From Myxococcota bacterium (GTDB lineage: Bacteria; Myxococcota_A; SURF-8), in NCBI GenBank assembly GCA_965140415.1, contig OZ223209.1:1088001-1152000 (forward strand): a stretch of DNA of 64,000 bases, written 5' to 3'. The notes below the pieces were generated by a model. It did no database searches and was not told the DNA's origin. It saw only the letters and a list, made by a program, of their open reading frames with translations. Every line of letters starts with the position of its first letter. Position 1 is the stretch's first letter. Below, in pieces: positions 20,532-35,500 of this stretch. The translations under genes and the position numbers were made by a program.

Positions 20532-21260
20532 AAGGTGCTGGGCGTCTTTCTGTCCGCCTCCGCTGTTCGCAACATTCTCAATCGTCCCCAGCCCAAAGAT
20601 CCGTCTCCGGCGAAATGCGTGGAGAAACGGGAGCTTCTGGACGAAAACAGCTGCCGGATTCCGGCCTGGTATCCCAACCATTTGTGGAGCGTGGACTTGA
20701 CCGAGGTCTATTACTGGGGCTTATGGAAAATCTACATCTTCGTGGCCATCGACCATTTCTCCCGCAAGGTCGTCTGCGTGACTCCCCTGGAAGGTCCGAA
20801 CTCCGGCTGGGTGATCAACGCGCTGGAAGCGGCTTTCGCGCAATTCGGCGTCCCCAAACATCTGGTCAGCGATCAGGGGACACAGTTCATTAGCGCCGCC
20901 CTTGCGGAATTCCTGGGCTTGGATGAATACCAGGTCAAGCATCGTTTCGGCGCGGTAGGACAACATGGCAGCATCGCGGTGACGGAGCGGGTGATCGAAA
21001 CCCTGAAATACGAGTGGCTCAAGCGTGTGGCCATTATACGCGGGTACAAGCATCTGCTGGCGCTTTGCGAAGACTTCGCGGAATGGTACAACGACTGGCG
21101 ACCGCACGAGTTTCTGGGCAGTGCCACGCCAAGTGATGTCTACCGGGACAAGGCCGTCCCCTTCGTTCCAAGAATTGCCAAGGCCGTGCCGGAGCACATA
21201 GAGGTCAAGCGCTTCGCCGAGACGAAGGTCACCGGCTATCAGCTGAAGCGGGCGGCGTAG
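20531..21260 (+). pseudogene. rve/DDE transposase lacking its N-terminus (IS-C remnant)
   Basis: Begins mid-HTH (LGVFLSASAVRNIL); WSVDL, LVSDQGTQF, VTERVIETLK, YNDWRPH. Confidence 0.8.
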
Positions 21261-21849
21261 ATTCTCCGGGCGCGAAGGTCATCCTGGCGATCCATCACGG
21301 GCCGACGTGCGCCCGGATGTCGCCAACGGAGGCTACGTCTGTAAGGAAATCCTTTCTGGACCTCTTTCCGCCAGCTCGCAATCGCCTTCCCAAGATCGGA
21401 TCCGTCTCATTTTTCAGTTTTCAGAGAGCGAAACGCACCGAAATCCGCTCACTCGCGACTGTCCCATTCAAGCTGGACAGGGACACGCATTGGCTTTACA
21501 TGCCGTTCGATCTAGTAGAAAATGGCGTGGGGACTCGTCATGGATCACCTCATTATGGAAACTAGACACTTCCGAGGTTACTCCATGGCGCGTCCCTTTC
21601 AAAATTACTGGGGATAGGTCAGGTCCACTTTCCCTACTTTATTGATATTCATTGCAATTTAGCATCTGATTCACTACAATCCCTCTGTCACCTACCTTGT
21701 TGTTAAGAAAAAGGTAAAATCCGCGAATATGCGGAAGTCTTCAAATATCCAAAGATGTATCAACCATGGCTGGAAGCGAGGCTATGTTGTATGTAAGCCT
21801 GAAACGATAAGATTGTCTTATCACACATGCAGGGAAACCGGAGAAATCG

Positions 21850-24800
21850 ATGGCGAAGGACAACAACCAGAATGACTCGGGAACGCTGTCTTTTTCAGAG
21901 TCACTTCTCGATTTCATCCGCAAAGCCCACGAGCGCTTTCTGGCGACCGACGATTCGGGCGAGGTCTTCAAGTTTCTGCTGGAATCTCTCGTCAGCCTGA
22001 CGGACAGTGAATACGGTTTTCTGGACGAGGTGCTGCGCGACGACAATGGCGATTTGTACAAACTGAGCCTCGCGCTATCCGACATCTCCTGGGACGACGA
22101 CTCCCGCAAGATCTACAATGATCTCGTGGCCCGCAATCTGGAGTTTCGCAACCTGAGCAACCTGAGCGGCGCTCCTGCGGTTTTGGGAAAGCTGGTCATC
22201 GCCAACGACGCTCCGCACGACTCCCGTTCCGGCGGCCTGCCCGCCGGGCATCCCTCCATCCAGGCGTACATGGGTCTGCCCCTCTATTTTGGCGGGGAAC
22301 TCGTCGGCGTGGCGGGCATCGCCAACCGACCCGGCGGCTATGATGAAGACATGGCGAAGGCTCTGGAGCCGTTTCTTTCGACCTGCGCCAGCATGATCCA
22401 CGCCACGCGCCAGAGGGAAAAAGTAAGGGGGTACTTGAAAGAAATCGAGGATTCCAACCAGACGATGGGTGCGATTCTAGGAGCCTCGCCCGAGTCCTCC
22501 TTTCTGATCGACACGAACGGCATCGTCCTCAACGGCAACGATATGTTCGCAAAACGGCTGGATCATTCCATTGAGGACCTTCTCGGAAAGAACGTCTTCG
22601 ATTATCTGCCGCAGGAGATAGGAGAGAGCCGCAAACAAAAAGTCAATGAAGCTCTGCAATCCGGGAGGATGGTTCAGTTTGATGACGTGAAGAACGACCG
22701 GATTTTCAGTCATCACATTTTCCCCATTCGGGATCAAAGCGGCACCATCGACCGTGTGGCGATCTTCGGCGCGGACATCACGGAAAAGAGGCGGGCGGAG
22801 GAAGCCATACGACAAAGTGAAATCCGCCTGAAGGAATCAAACCAAGTGCTTTCCGGTATTCTGGACAACACCGATGTTTTAACCGTTTTGCTGGATAGGA
22901 AATTCAATTTCATCTGGGTCAATAAGGCATACGCCAAATCCTGTCGGTTCGAGCCATCATATTTCCCAGGCAAGAATCTCTTCGACCTCTATCCACATCA
23001 GGAAAATGAAGCCATATTCCAGTCGGTTGTTGATAATGGAGAACCGTTTTTCATTACGGCCAAACCTTTTGAATTCCCGGATCAGCCGGATCGTGGCGTC
23101 ACTTATTGGGATTGGAGCCTGATTCCGATAAAGAATCACCGGAACGAAGTAACCCACCTTGTGTTTACATTGCGCGAAGTTACCGAACGAATCCACACCG
23201 AAGCGGCTTTGAAGGAATCCCTCCTACGTGAAACGGAAGCGGTGAAGGCGGCCAACGTGGGCTTCTGGGATTGGGACCTGAAAACGGACAGGGTTCACTA
23301 CTCCGTCGAATGGAAACGGCAGATCGGTTATGAAGACCACGAGATCAATGATGATTTCGAGGAGTGGAGAAGCCGGGTTCACCCTGAGGATCTTGAGGAG
23401 ACCGTCGCCACTGTGCAGGAAGACATTCGCACACTGAGCCGTGATTTTGAAATCCGCTTTCGTTTCCTACACAAGGACGGCTCGTACCGCTGGATTCTGG
23501 CGCAGGGCTCTGTCTTCGGAGATGAAAGCGGGCAACCCGTGCGGATGCTCGGGTCGCACACGGATATTACACGGCTCGTGACGGCTGAGGATGAAGCGCG
23601 AAAGCATCGCCGCGAACTGGAATTGACGGTGAACGCCACAACGGATGGCCTATGGAAGTGGAACTTTCTGACAAACGAAATGGAATTCAGTCCCCGCTAC
23701 TACACCATGCTTGGCTATGAGCCCAACGAATTCCCCGCCGATTTCGACAACTGGAAGGCGCTGATCCATCCGCACGATCTGGACCACGCGCTTTCAGTTG
23801 CGGCGGAGTTTCTGGAGACAAAACAGGACAGCTACGAGAACGAATTCCGACTGAGAACCAAAAGCGGGAAATATAGATGGATCAAGGCAACGGCCAGGGT
23901 CGTGGAGCGCACCAGAGATGGCGAGGCCGTGCGCATGATCGGCAACCACCAGGATGTTACGGAGCACAAGCTGATGGAACGGGCTCTTAAGAAGTCCGAA
24001 CATGAGAAGAGTATCATTCTTGATTCAACCACCGAGATGTTTGCAATCTACGATCTGGATCTTAGAGTGATCTGGGCCAACCGAGCTGCGGGAGAATCTG
24101 TAGGCAAAAACATGGAGGATCTGGTCGGGAAATGCTGCTACGAAATCTGGAATCAGAAAAGAGAGCCCTGCGAAGGCTGTCCGGTGCTAAAGGCAAAGGA
24201 GACGAAAGAACCCCAGGAAACGATGCGAAAAACACCGGACGGAAGGATATGGCGCCTGCGCGGTTATCCCATCCTAGACGACGACGGCAATATCGTGAAT
24301 CTGGTGGTATTCGGTTACGACATCACCGAAAAGAAATTGATTGAGGATCGCAATAGCGCCCTTGCCGAAATGGTGGATTCGGCTCCAAACACCGCCACTG
24401 TTCACGATTCTGAAGGCCGCTTCGTGTACGCCAACCGCAAGACCTTCGAGCTGCACGGCTATACGCCGGAAGAGTTCTTCGCCATCAACCTGCATGAACT
24501 CGATGTGCCGGAGAGCGCGGAGAAGATCGAGGCGCACACCCGCGAAATCATTGAACTTGGCGAATCTACCTTCGAAGTCGGGCACTTTCGGAAAGACGGC
24601 TCCGTATTGCGTTTGGAAGTGTCGGTCAAACCGATTGTTTGGGAAGGAAAAAAGGGCTTTCTCAGCATCGGCCGGGATATCACCGAGCGCAAGCAGGCAG
24701 AGGAGGCAATGATCGCAAGTGAGGCTCTGTTCCGGGAAATGTTCAAGGCAAACGAAGCTGTGATGTTGCTCATTGACCCCAACACTGGCCAAATTGTTGA

Positions 24801-26268
24801 AGCCAATCAAGCCGCTGCTCGATATTACGGATACCCGCTGGAAAATTTGGTGCAGATGAAAATCCAGCAAATAAATGTTTTACCATCGGCAGAAGTTTCT
24901 GAATTAATGGGCAGAGCATTTAACAAACAGGTTAACATCTTCGAGTTTCCGCACTTGCTAGCAAATGGGCAGATTCGTGACGTTGAGGCTTACTCAACTC
25001 CACTAAAAATTCAGAATCAAACACGGCTATTTTCGATTATCAACGATATCACCGAGCGTAAACAAACAGAGGAACGACTACGTAAAAGCGAAGCATCCTA
25101 TCGGGCGCTAACAGAAACGATTCCGGATCTACTCTTTAAAATCGACAAGGATTTGCGCTTTGTTTTCATCCACGCGGGAAGAACGGAAAAGCTCCTGATT
25201 CCGAAAGAGGAAGCGCTAAATAAAAACGCCTACGATCTGCTTCCTCCTGAACTGGCCGAGATGACCGAACGGAACGTGAAAGCCTCTCTGAGTACGGGGG
25301 AGATTTTTGAATACGAGTATTCGCTGCCCGTTGACGGAGGCATCCATTATTACGAGGCCCGAATGCTCCGATGCTCGCCAGACGAGGTCCTGGTTCTGGT
25401 GCGAAACGTCACCGAGCGGAAACAAGCGGAAAACCAATTCCTGGAATTGAATGCGCGAAAGCGCGCCATGCTTGATACCACTTTGCAATCGATCGTTCTT
25501 TTCTCGTCGGCTGGTGAGATCGTGATGCTCAACAAAACTGCGGAGTTCTGGATCAAACAGGTCTATGGACATGACGCAAAGGAAGGTGATTCAGCTTTTG
25601 TTTTTCCCCATCCGGAAGATATCGAATCCTTCCGCTTGAATTTCCGGAAAGCGCTGAACGGGAAAAAAACAGCAGGAGAATGGCGCACCCGCGATCAATC
25701 GGGGAAGGTTTTCTGGTTTGCACTCGATTATCTGCCGATTTGGGAAAATAATGTCGTTTCGGGTATCTGCTTTTGTGCAATGAATATTACGGAGCTGAAG
25801 CTCCTTGAGGAAGAAATCAAGAACCGCCAAACGGAAGCGGAGGAACAGAGCCGGCTTCTCGAAAGAAAGAACATTGCGCTTTCGGAGTTGATCGATCATG
25901 CACGCGTCGAACGTGAACTCTTTGAGAGAAGAATCTCCAATAATATCGAGCAGATTGTACTTCCGATCGTTTCAAGCATGAAATTAGCTAGCGGCGAACG
26001 CCGGGAGGAATATGCTCAATTACTGGAAAACAGCCTGCGCGATCTGCTTTCCGAAAAAGGTTCCAGACTGGCTCGGCCCGAACTTGGCCTGACTCCGCGT
26101 GAAATCCAGATCTGCGAAATGATCAAACAGGGGCTTTCTTCCAAAGAAATCGCCAAGTTGCTTGGTATCGGACTCAGAAGCATTGATAGCCATCGGTATA
26201 ACATCCGCAAAAGACTTGGTCTATCAGATCGTTCATTCAAGCTTATCACCTACCTGAAATCGCTATAA
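21850..26268 (+). CDS. One-component regulator: GAF, ~9 PAS/PAC, LuxR-type HTH
   Basis: GAF (MGLPL..GGELVGVAGIANR), repeated DITE junctions, C-terminal LTPREIQICEMIKQGLSSKEIAKLL..HRYNIRKRLG. Confidence 0.92.
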   Translation: MAKDNNQNDSGTLSFSESLLDFIRKAHERFLATDDSGEVFKFLLESLVSLTDSEYGFLDEVLRDDNGDLYKLSLALSDISWDDDSRKIYNDLVARNLEFRNLSNLSGAPAVLGKLVIANDAPHDSRSGGLPAGHPSIQAYMGLPLYFGGELVGVAGIANRPGGYDEDMAKALEPFLSTCASMIHATRQREKVRGYLKEIEDSNQTMGAILGASPESSFLIDTNGIVLNGNDMFAKRLDHSIEDLLGKNVFDYLPQEIGESRKQKVNEALQSGRMVQFDDVKNDRIFSHHIFPIRDQSGTIDRVAIFGADITEKRRAEEAIRQSEIRLKESNQVLSGILDNTDVLTVLLDRKFNFIWVNKAYAKSCRFEPSYFPGKNLFDLYPHQENEAIFQSVVDNGEPFFITAKPFEFPDQPDRGVTYWDWSLIPIKNHRNEVTHLVFTLREVTERIHTEAALKESLLRETEAVKAANVGFWDWDLKTDRVHYSVEWKRQIGYEDHEINDDFEEWRSRVHPEDLEETVATVQEDIRTLSRDFEIRFRFLHKDGSYRWILAQGSVFGDESGQPVRMLGSHTDITRLVTAEDEARKHRRELELTVNATTDGLWKWNFLTNEMEFSPRYYTMLGYEPNEFPADFDNWKALIHPHDLDHALSVAAEFLETKQDSYENEFRLRTKSGKYRWIKATARVVERTRDGEAVRMIGNHQDVTEHKLMERALKKSEHEKSIILDSTTEMFAIYDLDLRVIWANRAAGESVGKNMEDLVGKCCYEIWNQKREPCEGCPVLKAKETKEPQETMRKTPDGRIWRLRGYPILDDDGNIVNLVVFGYDITEKKLIEDRNSALAEMVDSAPNTATVHDSEGRFVYANRKTFELHGYTPEEFFAINLHELDVPESAEKIEAHTREIIELGESTFEVGHFRKDGSVLRLEVSVKPIVWEGKKGFLSIGRDITERKQAEEAMIASEALFREMFKANEAVMLLIDPNTGQIVEANQAAARYYGYPLENLVQMKIQQINVLPSAEVSELMGRAFNKQVNIFEFPHLLANGQIRDVEAYSTPLKIQNQTRLFSIINDITERKQTEERLRKSEASYRALTETIPDLLFKIDKDLRFVFIHAGRTEKLLIPKEEALNKNAYDLLPPELAEMTERNVKASLSTGEIFEYEYSLPVDGGIHYYEARMLRCSPDEVLVLVRNVTERKQAENQFLELNARKRAMLDTTLQSIVLFSSAGEIVMLNKTAEFWIKQVYGHDAKEGDSAFVFPHPEDIESFRLNFRKALNGKKTAGEWRTRDQSGKVFWFALDYLPIWENNVVSGICFCAMNITELKLLEEEIKNRQTEAEEQSRLLERKNIALSELIDHARVERELFERRISNNIEQIVLPIVSSMKLASGERREEYAQLLENSLRDLLSEKGSRLARPELGLTPREIQICEMIKQGLSSKEIAKLLGIGLRSIDSHRYNIRKRLGLSDRSFKLITYLKSL

Positions 26269-26370
26269 TACTTAGGTAATACTTAAAAACAAACAGTATT
26301 AATTTGGTGTCAGGCCGACGGTACGTATATTGTATAATCGGATGAAATCGACATGGCATCTGTTTAGGAA

Positions 26371-31528
<5,158 letters not shown>

Positions 31529-31536
<8 letters not shown>

Positions 31537-32503
31537 TGCGGAAAAGCGAAAGGAAGCGATCCTGATCGCTGAGGACGACGTGACCTCCCGGATGGTGATG
31601 GAGGGCTTCATTTCCAAGATGGGTTACGAGCCGATTTCCGCCTCGAACGGCAAAGAGGCCTGGGATGTTTTGCAAAAGCCCGATGCACCGGCTCTGGCGC
31701 TCATCGACTGGGAAATGCCTGAAATGGACGGGCTGGAGGTCGTTCGGAAAATAAGAGCGGAGTTGCCACACCAATTTTCCTATCTCATCATGGTGACGGG
31801 AAAAAGCGCTCGCGAGGAGATCATCGAGGGAATCAGCCAGGGTGCGGATGATTATGTGGTCAAGCCTTTTGATAGCAAGGAGTTGGGGGTCCGAATACGC
31901 GCAGGTCTTAGGATTGTGGAATTACAACGGGAGCTTGTGGAGGCCAATAGAAAACTGGATGAACTTGCCAAGACCGATGGTCTCACCGGCTTCTATAATC
32001 GTCTGGCGCTTCATCGGGATCTCAAGCAGCGTTTTGAAGGCGTGGGATATTCCCCACCTTCCGTGACCTTCATTATGGCGGACATTGATTTTTTCAAACG
32101 TGTCAATGACGATCATGGCCATGATGCGGGTGATGCGGTGTTGAAGCAATTCGCGGATCGCGTTCGCAGGCTTTTGCGGCAAGGCGACATCGTCTGTCGC
32201 ATGGGCGGAGAAGAATTCCTGCTGATCGCGCCGGAGACAGATGAAGCCACAGGGAAGATGGTCGCGGAGCGGGTTCGAAAAACTATCGCCGAGAGGCCTT
32301 TCCTTCTGCCTTCAGGAACGAGCATTTCCGTAACGTGCAGCCTTGGGATGTATACATCCATTGTAAATGACTCCAATTCTACGTTTGATGAGCAAATCAA
32401 AAAGGCGGACAAAGCGCTGTATCAGTCCAAAACGAACGGACGAAACCGCGTGACCGTCTTTGTTTCCGAAAATCAAGGGGGTCTTGATGGGGGAGAACAA
32501 TAA
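31529..32503 (+). CDS. REC-GGDEF diguanylate cyclase (PleD/WspR-like)
   Basis: REC with DWEMP; DIDFFKRVND, I-site RQGD, active site GGEEF. Confidence 0.93.
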
Positions 32504-35500
32504 CCGGAAAAAGCGTATTGTCGCCGTCAACGACACGTCTTTTCAGCTGACGCTTTTGCGATCCATTCTTGAGAAGGCCGGATACGATATCGCCTGCCAT
32601 GAAAGCGCGGAGGAAGCGCTCCGCTCGATGACCCCTGAAAACATCCCCGATCTGATTATCACCGACCTGCATATGCCCGGTATCGACGGCTGGCGCTTTT
32701 GCCGCCTGCTGCGGTCGCCTGAGTACAGCCACCTGAACCAAGTGCCGATCCTGGCCAATTCGGCCACGTTCGGAGGCGAAGATACACTTTCGATATCGAG
32801 CGCCGCCGGTGCGGACGCCTTTCTTGAATCCCCTTACAAAGTGGATGATCTGCTGCGCTTTGTCCAAGAACTGATTTCGGGTGAGCAGCCCGAAAAGAAA
32901 CCTTCTCTTCTTATCGTTGAAGACGTAAAAACCCTTGCTAATAACCTGGGCCGTGTTCTGGAGCAGGTCGGCTTCGATGTGTCCATCGCCTATGACGGCG
33001 CGACCGCTCGCAAGCTATTCGATACGTACAGACACGAAACCGTGATTCTGGATCAGCATTTGCCGGATTCTACCGGACTGGAGTTGCTCGAAGCCTTTGA
33101 AACACAGAGTTCAAAAACTGTTTTCATTATCGTTACCGGTGACGAAGACCCGGAACTGGCGGTAAAAGCCATGAAAAATGGGGCCAGCGCATTCGTGCGC
33201 AAGCCTTGCTCGAATGATTATCTGGTTGAACTGATCCGGAAGGCGCACCGGGAAAAAAGCCTGATGGCGGTCGAGAATCTCCTGGAATTCAGAACCCGGA
33301 AACTTCTGGAGGAGGAACAGCGGCACAAGGCGGCGATGGATGCGGCGCATGAAGGATTCTGCATTTCCATTGACGGCATTTTACATTACAGCAATCCGGC
33401 TTTTGCCGACATGCTTGGCAAACCTTTAGAACGTATTGTTCATACGGATATTTATCAATACATCAATGCAGCTGACAGGGAGCGCATAGCCTCGATTTAT
33501 CAGCGTTACGAAAACGGCGGGCACAACCTTGGCCTGCAAGTGTTCTCTCTGAAGAGAGAGGATGGAAAAAAGTGTATCGTCGAAGCCTCCGGAAGCCGGA
33601 TCGAATACGAAGGGAAAGACGCCGTTCTATGCGTTGTGCGCGACGTTACGGAGACCCAGAAACTGGAGCGAGAAATAGACGATCAGCGCCGGCGTTATGC
33701 GGATATGCTGTCCAACATGCAGATCGCCGTTACGCTGCTAGACAAGGACATGCGTGTGCTTTGGGCGAATGATTTCGCAAAAAACGAGTTTCCGGACTGC
33801 GATCCGGTCGGTTGCTTCTGCTACGAACATTTCGAGAATCGGGAATCACCCGTTGAAGATTGTCCGGTTGTGAAATGTTTTGAAACGGGAAAGACTCAGA
33901 AACGCGAATTCTATAATCCCCGAAACAGCAAGTGGTATTTCAGCACGGCTTATCCGATCAAGGATGAAGACGGGCGTGTTGTCCAGGTGATGGAAACCGC
34001 GATTGATATCACGGAAAGAAAGGGATACGAAGATCGACTGGCCTTGCAGGCCCTCGTCTTGAACCAAATCGAAGATCGTGTCACCATAACGGATCTACAG
34101 GGCCGAATTACCTATGTCAACAACTCCGAAGTAAAAGCCCTCGGATATTCCCGTGAAGAACTTTTAGGGAGAACGACCGAGGTGTACGGAGAAGACCCGG
34201 AAAAGGGAGCCACACAGCGTGAAATCGTGGAAGCCACGATACGCGAAGGCGGCTGGCGCGGCGAAGTCCTGAATATGACGGCGGATGGGCAAGAAGTCAT
34301 CATGGACTGCCGCACACAAGCTGTCAGGAATGAGCATGGAGATGCGATTGCGCTTTGCGGGATTGCCACCGATGTAACGGATAGAAAGCGTCAGGAAGAA
34401 ATCCTGCGATTGCAGCGGGATTTGTCCGTCACGCTGGCAAGGGCAAATGATCTGAATGAAACATTGCGCGCCTCTCTTGAGACCTCTATCCAGATTTCCG
34501 GATTGGATGCCGGCGGTATTTACTTGATCAATGAACATGACGGATCGCTTACGCTTTCTCACCACGAGGGCATTCCATCGGCTTTGTTAGAAGAAATGAT
34601 CTTCTTTGATGCGGATAGTCCTCAGGCGCAATTGGTTAGGAAACAGAAGACACGATATGCTTCGCATCGAGAAATCCTCTCTGAAATCGGTTCAAACCCA
34701 TCGGAAAGCCGGATCAAAGCGCTGGCCATTATCCCGATTATTCATGAAGGAAAGGCTGTCGGTTGTCTGAATGTTGGTTCCTTCACGGATGAAAATATTT
34801 CGCAGCAGTCGAGAATGATTCTGGAGACCATCGCCGGGCAAATCGGGGCCGTCATCGTCCGGCACTGGATCTTTTCCGAATTGCAAGTGCAGCGAGAGAA
34901 TCTGACAACCTTTTTCAATACCATTCATGACTTTCTGTTCGTGATGGACGAAAACGGAACGGTGATTCAGACGAATAATACGGTGAGCGATCGGCTTGGC
35001 TATTCGTTGGAAGAAGTCGTCAATAAATCGGTTCTGGCTTTTCACCCGGAAGACCGGAGAGAAGAAGCTGGGCGCATTGTTGAAGAGATGCTGGCTGGAA
35101 AACGGGAAATCTGCGATATTCCGCTCCTTGCAAAGGACGGCGAATTGATTCCGGTGGAGACAAAGGTTACCCGAGGTCGATGGAACGCCCAACCCGCCAT
35201 TTTCGGTATATCGAGAGATATTTCCGAGCGGCTCAGGATGGAAGATGAGTTGCGGGAAAGCGAGGAGAAATATCGCACATTGGTGGAAAATTCTCTTCAG
35301 GGCGTGGTTATCGCACAGGCCAGTCCGTTACGGTTGAGTTTCGCCAATACAGCCATGCGGACTCTGACCGGATATGATGTACAGGAGCTCTTGCACATGG
35401 CGTCGGAAGAACTCATTTCCCTGATTCACGTGGATGATCGAGAACGATTCATTGATTCTTTCCAAAGACGGGTGTCAGGAGAAAATATCCCTTCGATAGG

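Noticed and set aside
20532-20677. N-terminus of the 470-aa minus-strand ORF
   Set aside because: It is antisense transposase sequence read through the junction, not helicase
21660-21850. Missing 5' half of the truncated response regulator
   Set aside because: No REC-like N-terminus on the minus strand, so a simple insertion model is unsupported
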